Shown: piece after piece, positions 47,846 through 57,940 of the stretch
How the letters are laid out: every line of letters starts with the position of its first letter
Numbering within the stretch: the stretch's first letter is position 1
Source: Candidatus Nanopelagicales bacterium
GTDB taxonomy: Bacteria > Actinomycetota > Actinomycetes > S36-B12
DNA length: 64,000 nucleotides
Reading direction: 5' to 3'
Assembly: GCA_017857175.1 (NCBI GenBank)
Contig: JAFMDS010000004.1
Location: 1,588-65,587 of the forward strand
The notes under the pieces: generated by a model
Databases searched by the model: none
What the model saw: only the letters and a program-made list of their open reading frames with translations
What the model was told of the DNA's origin: nothing
Translations under genes and position numbers: made by a program

Positions 47846-48648
47846 GTCAGACCTGACTTTATGAATCTATCGCGCATTCCAAAAAGAGCAGCGAATGCAA
47901 TTAAGAGCATGACAACACTCAACGAAATTGCCTGTTCGCGATCTATTTCGAGTGTGGAATAAACGGCAAGTGGCAGTGTTTGAGTAACACCAGGAAAGTT
48001 GCCAGCAAAAGTCAGGGTTGCCCCGAATTCTCCGAGGGCCCTGGCCCAGGTGAGCAACGCACCTGCGGCCAATGCAGGTGCGATGAGAGGTAGTTGTATC
48101 CGAATAAATATGCGCATGCGAGAAGCCCCGAGTGTGCTCGCAGCACGTTCATAATCTTTGGAAAGTGAGCGCAAGGCACTTTCAACAGTAATTATCAAGA
48201 AAGGCATCGCAACAAATGTTTGTGCAAGGACGACGCCTGTCGTGGTAAACGGCAATTGAACGCCGAACCAGTCGTAGAGATAGGAGCCAATTATGCCTCG
48301 GCGGCCGAATGCCATCAAGAGTGCGACACCGCCGACTACTGGTGGAAGCACGAGGGGAATAAGAACCAAAACCCGCACAAAGGAAAGCCCTCGCATGTGC
48401 GAACGCGCCAAAATCAGAGCGAGTGGAACACCCAGCAATATTGCGATGAGCGTTGCAGACACAGATGTGACGATGGAAAGGCGGATTGCCTCGAGTGACT
48501 TGGGTGTGCTCAGAAGCGCAGGGAAATCGGACCAAGTGACCGAACCCAAGAGCGAGAGAAGGGGAAGGCCCAAGAAAGCAATAGCTACAAAACCCAGTGC
48601 CATGAGAATTTTGGGAGACTGATCTATTGCCAGATTGCGAGGCTTCAC
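47842..48648 (-). CDS. modB: Molybdate ABC transporter permease
   Basis: 268 aa. EAA-type loop (ERAASTLGASRMRIFIRIQLP). 4-nt overlaps on both sides. Confidence 0.88.
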   Translation of the reverse strand: MKPRNLAIDQSPKILMALGFVAIAFLGLPLLSLLGSVTWSDFPALLSTPKSLEAIRLSIVTSVSATLIAILLGVPLALILARSHMRGLSFVRVLVLIPLVLPPVVGGVALLMAFGRRGIIGSYLYDWFGVQLPFTTTGVVLAQTFVAMPFLIITVESALRSLSKDYERAASTLGASRMRIFIRIQLPLIAPALAAGALLTWARALGEFGATLTFAGNFPGVTQTLPLAVYSTLEIDREQAISLSVVMLLIAFAALFGMRDRFIKSGLT

Positions 48649-49406
48649 GGTGACATGAATCCTTCAGATTGGAGGACGTCAACACCGGTAGGGCCTAAAA
48701 AAAAGTCCAAAAATTCCTGGGCAGCGCTCTGACTATTGGAGTCTTTGATCACTGCAATTTGATAGTCGGTCGTGACATTGAATTCAGGGGGGATGGGGAA
48801 TGCCATGACTTCAGTCCCAGCAGCAAGCGCGTCGGTGACATAGACAATTCCCGCATCGGCTTCATCGGTTATTACTTTATTGAGAACATATGTAACGTCT
48901 GGTTCTAAGGACACGATATTTGCCGTCATACCTGCTTTACTCATGAATTTTTGTGCAGCCGCGCCGCAGGGAGCACTCTCGGTACACACCACCGTGGACA
49001 CATTTTGAATTGATTTGTAGTCCTTTACCTGACCCGTATTTAGTGCGGGAGCTATCACGATCAATTGATTGCGAGCAAAAGTTTTCGGTGACTCTACAAG
49101 GTTTAAAATTTGATTCATCGAGAATGTGGACGCAGATGCGAAAATATCGACAGGAGCGCCTGCGGCGATCTGCTCCGCAAGCGCACCACTGCCGCCAAAG
49201 TTCACTTTAATTTCAACGTCCGGGTGTTCTGCTTCAAATTGTTCTGCCAGGGAGGTAATTGCTGTGTTCAGCGATGCGGCAGCGGAGATGGTCACGGACG
49301 TACTTATGGCAGGGACTGAATCATTCGTTGTTGAACACGCGGACACCATCACTGCAGAGAATGCAGACACAAGGCCCAGTGGGAGAAATGGGCGTTTATT
49401 AAACAA
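48645..49406 (-). CDS. modA: Molybdate ABC transporter substrate-binding lipoprotein
   Basis: 253 aa. Lipobox VSAC. ModA-like pattern (FGGSGALAEQIAAGAPVDIFASAS). Confidence 0.88.
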   Translation of the reverse strand: MFNKRPFLPLGLVSAFSAVMVSACSTTNDSVPAISTSVTISAAASLNTAITSLAEQFEAEHPDVEIKVNFGGSGALAEQIAAGAPVDIFASASTFSMNQILNLVESPKTFARNQLIVIAPALNTGQVKDYKSIQNVSTVVCTESAPCGAAAQKFMSKAGMTANIVSLEPDVTYVLNKVITDEADAGIVYVTDALAAGTEVMAFPIPPEFNVTTDYQIAVIKDSNSQSAAQEFLDFFLGPTGVDVLQSEGFMSP

Positions 49407-49785
49407 TGTCGATCACGACATTCGTGGCCTTAACCGTGGCGGCCGCAGGAACCCCGACTTCAAGTTTTAATTCATCCGCGGCTTCTCGTGACATGAGTGA
49501 AATGACGCGATGTGGGCCCGCCTGGATTTCAACAAGTGCCATTACGCCGTCTCGCTCCACGCGGGTAACGATCCCCGGGAACCGATTTCGAGCACTTTGC
49601 TGTGGAGCGTCGGGGTCCTCGATTCGGCTTTCACTCAGTACTGCGGCTACATCGGCACCATGAACTTCTGTGCGACCGCCGTCGGGATGGCGCGCCCTTA
49701 ATCGCCCTGCATCGATCCAGCGGCGTACCGTGTCTTGGCTCACTCCGAGTAGTTCGGCGGCCGTAGAAACCCGCAAGTACGTCAT
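49399..49785 (-). CDS. HTH (MerR/excisionase-type) + Mop/TOBE domain molybdate-responsive regulator
   Basis: 128 aa. N-terminal HTH sequence VSTAAELLGVSQDTVRRWIDAGRL. C-terminal Mop/TOBE-type sequence NRFPGIVTRVERDGVMALVEIQAG...ATVKATNVVI. Confidence 0.8.
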   Translation of the reverse strand: MTYLRVSTAAELLGVSQDTVRRWIDAGRLRARHPDGGRTEVHGADVAAVLSESRIEDPDAPQQSARNRFPGIVTRVERDGVMALVEIQAGPHRVISLMSREAADELKLEVGVPAAATVKATNVVIDIV

Positions 49786-49942
49786 TTATTGACCATATTG
49801 GCTGCATTTGCGTTTGTCAATTCCGATTTATGAGGCAAATGCTGCTGGGATTGCTGCCCATAGACGAGTAGCGCATGGTGTGCCAAGACCCGTTTAACGA
49901 GTTATGGTGAACATAGGTATTCGTGAGGCGGAGGTGAGTGAC

Positions 49943-50380
49943 ATGGTGTGGGTGTGGGCAGTAGTTGCGGCAGTCGCTCTCGGACTGGAGTTAGTCACGG
50001 CAACCTTTTACCTCGGCCTAGTGGCCGTGGGTGCCGTTGCAGGAGTTATCGCAGCAGCGGTTGGTGCTCCGGTGCTCGTGCAAGGTGGTGTTGTCGCGAG
50101 TGTTTCCCTCGCTGGAATTCTGTTTGTGCGACCTGTTGCCGCTCGGCATATGCACCGCATGCCCATGCTTTCCAGAACAGGTGTGGACGCACTAAAAGGC
50201 ATGGAAGCCGTCACCATGACCGAAATCAACAGTTCCGATGGTCGCATCAGATTGAACGGGGAAGTGTGGAGCTCTCGATTGGATCGAGACTTGAGCGATG
50301 AAGTAATTCCTGCGGGTGCACGCGTTTGTGTTTCTCGAATAGACGGTGCAACCGCACTGGTCTACCCACTCGACTATTAA
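49943..50380 (+). CDS. NfeD family membrane protein
   Basis: ATG at 49943 with a GGAGG SD. N-terminal transmembrane helices plus a C-terminal OB-fold sequence (GRIRLNGEVWSSR...ARVCVSRIDGATALV). Confidence 0.8.
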   Translation: MVWVWAVVAAVALGLELVTATFYLGLVAVGAVAGVIAAAVGAPVLVQGGVVASVSLAGILFVRPVAARHMHRMPMLSRTGVDALKGMEAVTMTEINSSDGRIRLNGEVWSSRLDRDLSDEVIPAGARVCVSRIDGATALVYPLDY

Positions 50381-50412
50381 ATACTCGATCAGCAATTCAG
50401 AAGGAGAAGTTC

Positions 50413-51321
50413 ATGGACGCCATAGGTCTCATCATCGGAGTAGTAATCGGGCTCGCAATTGTTTTCGTTCTGATCTCACGAACCGTGGTGATTGTGAATC
50501 AAGCAAGTACTGCAATCGTTGAACGCCTCGGGCGATATCAGCGCACCCTCACACCAGGCTTGTCCATATTGATTCCACTGGTCGATCGGATTCGTGAGCG
50601 CGTCGACATGCGGGAGCAGGTAGCTTCTTTCCCTCCTCAACCGGTCATTACCGAGGATAACTTGGTAGTTTCCATTGACACCGTTGTCTATTTTCAGGTC
50701 ACGGACCCAAAGTCGGCGACTTATGAGATCTCCAGTTTTATTCTTGGTATCGAACAGTTAACCGTTACCACCTTGCGCAATGTCATTGGCTCCATGGATT
50801 TGGAAGAGACTCTTACTTCGCGCGACTCAATCAATGGACAATTGCGGGGCGTCCTCGATGAAGCTACGGGCCGCTGGGGAATTCGCGTCAATCGGGTTGA
50901 ACTCAAGGCCATTGATCCACCCCATTCGGTCCAAGAATCGATGGAGAAGCAGCTCAAGGCAGAGCGTGAACGACGTGCTGCAATTCTTACGGCAGAGGGC
51001 CAAAAACAGAGCGCCATCTTGACGGCTGAAGGCGAAAAGCAGAGCGCCATACTGACGGCTGAGGGTTTCGCCGCCGCTGAAGTTGTTCGAGCCGAAGCTG
51101 AAGCCCGTGCTGAAATCATCCGAGCAGATGGTGAAGCCGTCGCATTGGAAAAAATCTATGAAGCGATCCATAATGCCAATCCCAGTGCCGCAGCCCTTGC
51201 TCATCGATATTTAGAGACTTTGCCTGGAATTGCTCAAGGTGATGCCAATAAAGTGTGGGTTATCCCTAGTGAACTAACCGGAGCCATGGAGACCTTGAGC
51301 AAGGGATTTACCAAAGGTTAG
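50413..51321 (+). CDS. SPFH / band-7 (stomatin-like) protein
   Basis: ATG at 50413 with an AAGGAG SD. N-terminal transmembrane helix, SPFH core, and a C-terminal repeat (A)ILTAEG(Q/E)KQS. Confidence 0.9.
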   Translation: MDAIGLIIGVVIGLAIVFVLISRTVVIVNQASTAIVERLGRYQRTLTPGLSILIPLVDRIRERVDMREQVASFPPQPVITEDNLVVSIDTVVYFQVTDPKSATYEISSFILGIEQLTVTTLRNVIGSMDLEETLTSRDSINGQLRGVLDEATGRWGIRVNRVELKAIDPPHSVQESMEKQLKAERERRAAILTAEGQKQSAILTAEGEKQSAILTAEGFAAAEVVRAEAEARAEIIRADGEAVALEKIYEAIHNANPSAAALAHRYLETLPGIAQGDANKVWVIPSELTGAMETLSKGFTKG

Positions 51322-51485
51322 AAGATTATGAGCAGCGCTATGCCAATTACAACGACAGCGAGGCCAACGAGCCAGTTTCTCAACATGTGTGGCTGAGATT
51401 CACCTGCTTTTTGATTCTCGATGTGAGAGAGGGCATCGTTGTGGCTGATCGCGTTGTCCATCATGTTCTTGGCGTCATCAAACAT
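51318..51485 (-). CDS. Small membrane protein
   Basis: 55 aa from the ATG at 51485 (SD GGAGG). C-terminal transmembrane helix LVGLAVVVIGIALLIIF. Confidence 0.5.
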   Translation of the reverse strand: MFDDAKNMMDNAISHNDALSHIENQKAGESQPHMLRNWLVGLAVVVIGIALLIIF

Positions 51486-51594
51486 GTTTCCTCCGGGTAC
51501 TCGGCCAGATACAGGTAGTTCCCTCAGCATAGTTGTAACGACTGCAAGGTATACCTGACGTGCGCGCCAAACCCACTGCTGTGATGATTGAGGC

Positions 51595-53589
51595 GTGACA
51601 AATCGGTTATCAGAATCAACCAGCCCGTATCTGCTTCAGCATGCAGAAAATCCCGTGGATTGGTGGGAGTGGTGCCCTGAGGCATTTGACCAGGCTCGAG
51701 CGCGCAATGTGCCCATATTTTTGAGTATCGGGTATTCCGCATGCCATTGGTGTCATGTCATGGCTCATGAGTCATTTGAGGATTCTGAAATCGCTCAATT
51801 CATGAATGACAACTTTGTCAATATCAAGGTTGATCGGGAAGAACGACCAGACATTGACTCTATTTACATGGAAGCCACCGTTGCCCTAACAGGACACGGT
51901 GGGTGGCCCATGTCGGTATTTCTAGACCACGAAGGCAGACCATTCTTTGCCGGAACGTATTTTCCCCCGCAACCGCACCACGGGTTGCCGAGTTTTCCCC
52001 AGGTGTTGGAATCAATCTCAACGACATGGAATCAAAGCAAAGAAAGTATCGAATCGGCAGGTTCGCGGATTATCGATGCATTGGAATCACGTAGACCTCC
52101 CATGTCCTATTCCGATATTGCATCTATGGATTCAACCAAGCTCACCGAATTCCTTCGAGGGGCTGTTACCACTCTGAGCAAGAGCTTTGACGCAACCAAT
52201 GGTGGTTTTGAAGGTGCACCCAAATTCCCCCCTTCAATGATCCTCGAATTCCTCATTCGGATGTCGACTGATGAATCCGTGGGAACCAACGCATTACACA
52301 TGGCCTCACGCACGCTTGAAGCCATGGCCCGTGGTGGCATCTATGACCAACTTGGTGGCGGCTTCGCTCGATATAGCGTTGATGGCCAGTGGGTCGTTCC
52401 TCATTTTGAAAAGATGCTTTATGACAACGCGTTACTTATCCGTGTTTACGCACACTGGTGGCGCCTGACAGGCAGCAAAGTGGCAGAAAGGATTGTTCAC
52501 GAGAGTATTAATTTCCTTCTCAGTGAAATGCGTACGCCTGAGGGAGCCTTTGCTGCGGCATTGGATGCCGACAGCGATGGCGAAGAGGGAAAGTTTTATG
52601 CCTGGACACCGGCCGAACTGATTGCGGTGCTCGGTGAATCAGAGGGCACAGCCGCTGCCGCACTTTTTCAAGTGACCGAACATGGCACTTTTGAGCATGG
52701 TAAGTCAACATTGCAGTTGCTCAACGACCCGAATGATTGGACGCAATGGAGCGACTGGCGTTCGCTACTGTTCAATGCACGCGCTCAGCGTGTTTACCCC
52801 GGTCGCGATGACAAAGTGGTAGCGGCCTGGAATGGTTTAACCATTGCGGCTCTGGCCGATGCAGGTGCAATCTTTGGAAACGAAGAATGGATTGAGGCAG
52901 CCCGCAGCGCTGCAGATCTGGTCATCAGTGTTCACATGGGAAGCGATAGGCGTGCAGACTATTTGGCACGTACTTCACGCGATGGCAAGGTTGGTTCCAG
53001 TGCGGGAGTTTTAGACGACTACGCCAATATGTCTGAAGGTTTGATTTCTCTCTACGAGGCCACGGGGGAATCTGAGTGGCTTGAATTGGCGCGGACCTTG
53101 GCATACTCGGCAGTTGCGCACTTTGCCGACAACAGCGGTGGCTTCTATGACACCGCGGATGACGCCCAGAAACTTATTCGCCGTCCCCGCGAGTTCACTG
53201 ATAACGCTGAGCCGTCCGGCTGGTTTGCGCTAGCGAATTGCCTCGTCCGCTTGTCGGGGCTGGGCGGGACGAACGCAAGTGAAATGCGATCTTTGGCCGA
53301 GAGTGGACTCTCGGTAGTGCCCAAATTCGCGCTTTCCTCACCTCGGGCTGTGGGATGGGGGCTTGTCGCACTGTGGTCCCTCGCCCAAGGACCTTGGGAA
53401 CTGGTGATTTCTGGTCCGAGCTCGCGAGAATTTGCAGGCATAGGTGCTCGGTCACCGTTGGCGCCGGAAATCCTCTGGGAAGAGGGAGCTGAGAGCGGCG
53501 CTCAGGTGTGCAAATTCAGCGTCTGTGAGTTACCAACCAAGGATCCGGGTGTCTTGGCAAAATTCCTCAAAACTCGAGCGACTCTTTAA
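51595..53589 (+). CDS. Thioredoxin-domain protein of the DUF255 / YyaL family
   Basis: 664 aa. N-terminal motif [14 protein letters not shown] followed by an (alpha/alpha)6-like region. Rv1084-like position. Confidence 0.88.
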   Translation: MTNRLSESTSPYLLQHAENPVDWWEWCPEAFDQARARNVPIFLSIGYSACHWCHVMAHESFEDSEIAQFMNDNFVNIKVDREERPDIDSIYMEATVALTGHGGWPMSVFLDHEGRPFFAGTYFPPQPHHGLPSFPQVLESISTTWNQSKESIESAGSRIIDALESRRPPMSYSDIASMDSTKLTEFLRGAVTTLSKSFDATNGGFEGAPKFPPSMILEFLIRMSTDESVGTNALHMASRTLEAMARGGIYDQLGGGFARYSVDGQWVVPHFEKMLYDNALLIRVYAHWWRLTGSKVAERIVHESINFLLSEMRTPEGAFAAALDADSDGEEGKFYAWTPAELIAVLGESEGTAAAALFQVTEHGTFEHGKSTLQLLNDPNDWTQWSDWRSLLFNARAQRVYPGRDDKVVAAWNGLTIAALADAGAIFGNEEWIEAARSAADLVISVHMGSDRRADYLARTSRDGKVGSSAGVLDDYANMSEGLISLYEATGESEWLELARTLAYSAVAHFADNSGGFYDTADDAQKLIRRPREFTDNAEPSGWFALANCLVRLSGLGGTNASEMRSLAESGLSVVPKFALSSPRAVGWGLVALWSLAQGPWELVISGPSSREFAGIGARSPLAPEILWEEGAESGAQVCKFSVCELPTKDPGVLAKFLKTRATL

Positions 53590-53613
53590 ATTTATAAAGA
53601 TTTTTTTGTTTTT
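53583..53613 (+). terminator. Weak AT-rich hairpin plus T-tract after the DUF255 gene
   Basis: TCTTTA-AATTTA-TAAAGA followed by TTTTTTTGTTTTTG. The stem has only one G:C pair, so its stability is doubtful. Confidence 0.35.
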
Positions 53614-53701
53614 GTTACCAAATTCTTGGCATATTAGGTCTAACTTTCTTCACCCACTCCACTGTCTGTGATGATGCTCCCACGCGATTGGGAGGTCGAC
53701 T

Positions 53702-54418
53702 GTGGCTGAATTTGGAAACGCAGAACAGATTCTTGTGGGCGAGGGCGATAGCGACTACGAGAGATACCTAAGAACCCCAGAGCTATTGTCACTTCAGCCC
53801 GAGCCAGATTCCTGGGTTCACCGAGATGAACTGTTGTTCACCGTGACTCATCAATCCTCTGAGTTGTGGCTAAAACTGGCGGTGTCAGAGATTGAGTATT
53901 CCCTCGAGAAAATCAGGGAGCGAAACTTTGCTGCCGCCGTTCGGCTCCTCAAGCGAGTTAACTCGTGTATTGCCTATTGCACCCAACAGTTGGGCATCCT
54001 TGAGCAATTGACCCCTTGGGAGTATCAAAAGGTTCGCCTCGCTCTAGGTCACGGCTCCGGTTTTGATTCACCCGGATTCAGAGCGATTCGTCGCGTCATT
54101 CCTCGTTTGGGATTCGAATTTGACAATGCACTCAAGTCCGAGGCAATTTCATTGGAAGAGCTATTTATCGACTTTGAAAATCACGAAGGACTTTTTCAAC
54201 TCGCTGAAGCTTTGATCGACGTGGACGAATTGCTCATGGCCTGGAGGGCAGTGCATTTTCGGGTGGTCGAGAGAACTATTGGACTTGAGGTCAAAGGGAC
54301 GCAGGGAACTCCGGTTGAAGTTGTTGGAGGTATAAGGGATAAACAAGCCTTCCCAGACCTTTGGCAGGTACGAAGTGAATTGACACGTAGAGCAGACAAA
54401 GAACTGCGCACCGATTAA
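53702..54418 (+). CDS. kynA: Tryptophan 2,3-dioxygenase family protein
   Basis: 238 aa. Motifs YERYLRTPELLSLQ, HRDELLFTVTHQSSELWLKL and WRAVHFRVVERTIG. GTG start with a GGGAGG SD. Confidence 0.8.
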   Translation: MAEFGNAEQILVGEGDSDYERYLRTPELLSLQPEPDSWVHRDELLFTVTHQSSELWLKLAVSEIEYSLEKIRERNFAAAVRLLKRVNSCIAYCTQQLGILEQLTPWEYQKVRLALGHGSGFDSPGFRAIRRVIPRLGFEFDNALKSEAISLEELFIDFENHEGLFQLAEALIDVDELLMAWRAVHFRVVERTIGLEVKGTQGTPVEVVGGIRDKQAFPDLWQVRSELTRRADKELRTD

Positions 54419-54476
54419 TGAGCGTGGTTAATGAGTTGTATTAATGAGTGATTTCCAGCAATGAGATAGTTGTTCC

Positions 54477-54944
54477 GTGGACGAACTTGATTGGGCGATT
54501 CTGGGAGAACTTCAACGAGATGCCCGCCTCTCACACAGTCAGTTGGCCAAAAGGGTGCATTCGACCTCTCCGACTGTTTCATCTCGGGTCCGCAAATTAG
54601 AAGAGTCAGGTGTTATTGCCGGTTACTCTGCGCATCTTGATGCAGACAGAGCAGGCTGGCCCGTCATGGCATTTGTCCGATTAGCATGCTACGGGGAGTC
54701 GTGCATTCTCAACGACCCAAGCGCCCAGGAGCGCCCGGAAATCCTAGAGATCCATCGTGTGGTTGGCCGTGAGTGCTGCATTGTCAAAGTGCGAGCCGTG
54801 AATACCGCGCATTTTGAGGCGGTCATTGATCTATTGGCCAATTACAGTCCGCCTCTGAGCACGATGGTGCTCTCCTCGCCCCTGCAGTGGAGCGGACTCA
54901 CTCCTCCGAGTGGTTTACCCACCTTCGACTCCCTGACAGAGTAA
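54477..54944 (+). CDS. Lrp/AsnC family transcriptional regulator
   Basis: 155 aa. HTH sequence LDWAILGELQRDARLSHSQLAKRV plus a RAM/ACT-like domain. Confidence 0.9.
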   Translation: MDELDWAILGELQRDARLSHSQLAKRVHSTSPTVSSRVRKLEESGVIAGYSAHLDADRAGWPVMAFVRLACYGESCILNDPSAQERPEILEIHRVVGRECCIVKVRAVNTAHFEAVIDLLANYSPPLSTMVLSSPLQWSGLTPPSGLPTFDSLTE

Positions 54945-54953
54945 TCTCTTCAC

Positions 54954-55715
54954 GTGGGCTTAAAGGATCTGGTTTACGGCGCTTATGAGCGCAGACTGGC
55001 TACTCAAATCCCACTCGATCGCATTCCGCGCCACGTTGGTGTCATTCTTGACGGAAATAGACGTTGGGCAAGTGCTCAGGGGTCTACCTCGACTCAGGGA
55101 CATGAGGCTGGTGCCGCAAAGATAATTGACTTCCTCGGCTGGTGTGATGATGCCGGAGTTGAGGTTGTCACCCTGTGGCTTTTGTCGACCGATAATCTCT
55201 CGAGACCTGAACCTGAGCTCGATCAGTTAATGACCATCATTGAGACCACTGTAGGAAACCTAGTTGGCCAAGGGCGTTGGCGACTGCATCCAGTTGGCGC
55301 TCTAGATCTGCTGCCCTCGCGGACCGCAACCGTGCTCAAGGAGGCCGCGGAAGCGACAGCGGAAATTGACGGTTCGTTGGTGAACATCGCTGTGGGGTAC
55401 GGAGGAAGGCGTGAGGTTGTTGATGCCGTTCGATCTCTCCTAGCAGATCACGCGACTCAAGGAACCACACTGGATGAACTTGCATCTCTGCTCAACGCTG
55501 AACACATCGCCGAGCACCTGTACACAAAAGGACAACCCGACCCTGATTTAGTTATTCGAACATCAGGCGAACAGCGACTGTCAGGCTTTCTGCTTTGGCA
55601 AAGTGCTCACTCTGAATTCTATTTTTGTGAGGCCTATTGGCCTGACTTTCGACATGTTGATTTCCTGCGTGCAATTCGCACATTTGCCGAACGAAACAGA
55701 AGATACGGTGTCTGA
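54954..55715 (+). CDS. Isoprenyl (cis-prenyl) diphosphate synthase, Rv1086-like short-chain Z-prenyl transferase position
   Basis: 253 aa. Motifs PRHVGVILDGNRRWA and RTSGEQRLSGFLLWQ. The GTG start is 6 nt after TAATCT. Confidence 0.88.
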   Translation: MGLKDLVYGAYERRLATQIPLDRIPRHVGVILDGNRRWASAQGSTSTQGHEAGAAKIIDFLGWCDDAGVEVVTLWLLSTDNLSRPEPELDQLMTIIETTVGNLVGQGRWRLHPVGALDLLPSRTATVLKEAAEATAEIDGSLVNIAVGYGGRREVVDAVRSLLADHATQGTTLDELASLLNAEHIAEHLYTKGQPDPDLVIRTSGEQRLSGFLLWQSAHSEFYFCEAYWPDFRHVDFLRAIRTFAERNRRYGV

Positions 55716-55724
55716 GCTTCTGGC

Positions 55725-56474
55725 ATGAACAATCTCGACGACAACATCATGGATGCCAATGCCGAATCGGCACTGAGGCATCCCATCTCGATGGTTCTCA
55801 TTCTTGCTGTCATGGCAGGAGCCATGGATGCTGTCGACTTCCGTCTCTATGGCGTCTTTACTGCCAATCAGGCGGGAAATCTGGTCTTATTCTGGGCGCG
55901 CCTCGCTTCCAATCCCGGCGAGGCGGCGCTGTCGCTCTTTTCCCTATTGGGATGTGCACTGGGAATCGCGGCGGTCATTATTTTGCGATTCAAGTTTCCC
56001 TTTTTTGTTACGCCCCAGGGTTCGCGGACTTTGCTCTATGTAGCTGCGGTTTTTCTTGTTGTAACGGCGACGGTTGGCGCCATGGTGTCCCAGCCGTTGC
56101 AAGAGGTGGATAACAATCAATTGCCCATTGGTTCAGGCGATTGGTGGGCAGGTGCATTGTCAACCAGCACCTCTGCCATGTCCTTGGCAATCCTCGGAAC
56201 TATTTTCATCATGATTGGTAAGAGTCGCGTTCACATAATCTCGGGTACAGGTCCGTTCATTGATGCAGTGCGGTTTTCCGTGGCTCGCTCCTTAACAGGG
56301 GATGAATCTTGGAATGCGAAAATCAAAACAGTTATCTTTTTTCCAATAGCTTGGTCATTGGGGGCAGCCATTGCCTCTCTGTCGCCCGTGCACAGAGGAA
56401 CCATTGCAATTACGTGCGCGGTCATGGTTTGTTTAACTGCACTTATTTCGCGGCGTGTCGAGGCTGACTCGTAA
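55725..56474 (+). CDS. DUF1275 (YoaK) family membrane protein
   Basis: 249 aa. AGAMDAVDF...ANQAGN pattern and multiple transmembrane helices. Confidence 0.7.
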   Translation: MNNLDDNIMDANAESALRHPISMVLILAVMAGAMDAVDFRLYGVFTANQAGNLVLFWARLASNPGEAALSLFSLLGCALGIAAVIILRFKFPFFVTPQGSRTLLYVAAVFLVVTATVGAMVSQPLQEVDNNQLPIGSGDWWAGALSTSTSAMSLAILGTIFIMIGKSRVHIISGTGPFIDAVRFSVARSLTGDESWNAKIKTVIFFPIAWSLGAAIASLSPVHRGTIAITCAVMVCLTALISRRVEADS

Positions 56475-56604
56475 CAATTGCGCCATAGCGTTTACCCCGT
56501 TAGCAATGCGAGAATTTTTAAATGCTGAATTCGTAGACGCCCCACCTGGCTCACGAAAGGCCAGTAGGCAAGTTGAACCGGTGGGCCGGTGAGGAGTATG
56601 TATC

Positions 56605-57909
56605 GTGCCCCAAAAAGAATCGCGTCGCACCTATATTTTGGATACCTCAGTACTTCTCTCTGATCCCCACGCATTGAAGCGATTTGATGAACACGACGTT
56701 GTGCTGCCCGTTGTGGTGGTTACCGAGTTGGAAGCTAAACGCAGTCATCCCGAGCTCGGTTATTTCGCGCGTCAGGCACTGCGATTATTGGACGATATTC
56801 GGATAGAACACGGACGACTTGATGCCCCAATGCCTATCGGTGAAGCAGGCGGGACACTGCGCATCGAACTTAATCACACGGATGTTGAGGCATTACCCAG
56901 TGGTTTGCGTCTAGGTGACAACGACACCAAGATTTTGGCGCTGGCCAAGAATCTGGCCAATGAAGGTGCGAATGTCGTTTTGGTGAGCAAAGACCTCCCC
57001 ATGCGCGTGAAAGCCAGTTCTGTTGGGCTGATTGCTGAGGAATATCGCGCGGAGCTAGTTCTCGAGTCCGGCTACACAGGAATGGCTGAGATCACTATCA
57101 ATATCGCCGACCTTGATGCACTCTATGAAGAGGGTGTGATCGAACATGATGCCGCATTTGATTACCCATGCCACGGGGGTCTGGTGTTGCTCAGCGACAG
57201 GGGGAGTGCACTCGCGCGAGTGACACCTGACAAGAAGCTGAGGTTGGTTCGGGGTGATCGCGAAGCATTCGGTCTCCACGGGCGTAGTGCCGAGCAACGT
57301 ATTGCCTTGGACATTTTGCTTGATCCTGAGGTGGGAATCGTGTCCTTGGGAGGACGGGCAGGCACGGGTAAAAGTGCCCTAGCGTTGTGTGCAGGCCTCG
57401 AATCCGTCATGGAACGCAGAGCTCATCGAAAAGTAATTGTTTTTCGTCCGCTTTATGCGGTCGGTGGTCAAGAATTGGGTTATCTCCCAGGGTCTGAAAA
57501 TGAAAAGATGTCGCCCTGGGGTCAAGCTGTCTATGACACACTCGGCGCTATTGCAACGCAGGAAGTTGTCGATGAAATCACCGACAGAGGCATGCTCGAG
57601 GTTTTGCCACTGACACATATTCGTGGTCGGAGCTTGCATGATGCCTTCGTTATCGTCGAGGAAGCCCAGTCCCTGGAGCGAAATGTACTGCTCACCGTGC
57701 TCTCCCGGATTGGAAGTGATTCACGCGTGGTACTCACGCATGACATCGCGCAGCGTGACAATCTCAGGGTGGGTCGCTTTGACGGAGTCGTCGCCGTGGT
57801 GGAGAAACTTAAGGGTCATCCACTGTTCGCACACATCACTCTGACTCGCAGTGAGCGGTCTGAAATTGCCGCATTAGTCACCGAATTGCTTGAGGATGGG
57901 CATCAATAA
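56605..57909 (+). CDS. phoH2: PhoH2: N-terminal PIN domain fused to PhoH-like ATPase
   Basis: 434 aa. PIN sequence [12 protein letters not shown]. Walker A GRAGTGKS and Walker B-like VIVEEAQ. GTG start with a GAGGAG SD. Confidence 0.9.
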   Translation: MPQKESRRTYILDTSVLLSDPHALKRFDEHDVVLPVVVVTELEAKRSHPELGYFARQALRLLDDIRIEHGRLDAPMPIGEAGGTLRIELNHTDVEALPSGLRLGDNDTKILALAKNLANEGANVVLVSKDLPMRVKASSVGLIAEEYRAELVLESGYTGMAEITINIADLDALYEEGVIEHDAAFDYPCHGGLVLLSDRGSALARVTPDKKLRLVRGDREAFGLHGRSAEQRIALDILLDPEVGIVSLGGRAGTGKSALALCAGLESVMERRAHRKVIVFRPLYAVGGQELGYLPGSENEKMSPWGQAVYDTLGAIATQEVVDEITDRGMLEVLPLTHIRGRSLHDAFVIVEEAQSLERNVLLTVLSRIGSDSRVVLTHDIAQRDNLRVGRFDGVVAVVEKLKGHPLFAHITLTRSERSEIAALVTELLEDGHQ

Positions 57910-57924
57910 CGCTTCATTAATCTA

Positions 57925-57940
57925 TGTGATCTGGATCACA
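57925..57940. promoter_or_regulatory. Perfect CRP/GlxR-type site TGTGA-N6-TCACA
   Basis: TGTGATCTGGATCACA. It is 16 nt after the phoH2 stop and 147 nt upstream of the ATG at 58087. Confidence 0.55.

Noticed and set aside
49786-49942. Moco riboswitch upstream of the mod operon.
   Set aside because: The operon begins with a protein regulator carrying a Mop/TOBE domain. The leader is short, and I see only a simple 8-bp inverted repeat, not the multi-stem Moco architecture.
56506-56592. 28-codon ORF upstream of phoH2, considered as a separately annotated gene.
   Set aside because: Too short, and it lacks translation signals. It is kept only as a low-priority note in the PhoH2 finding.
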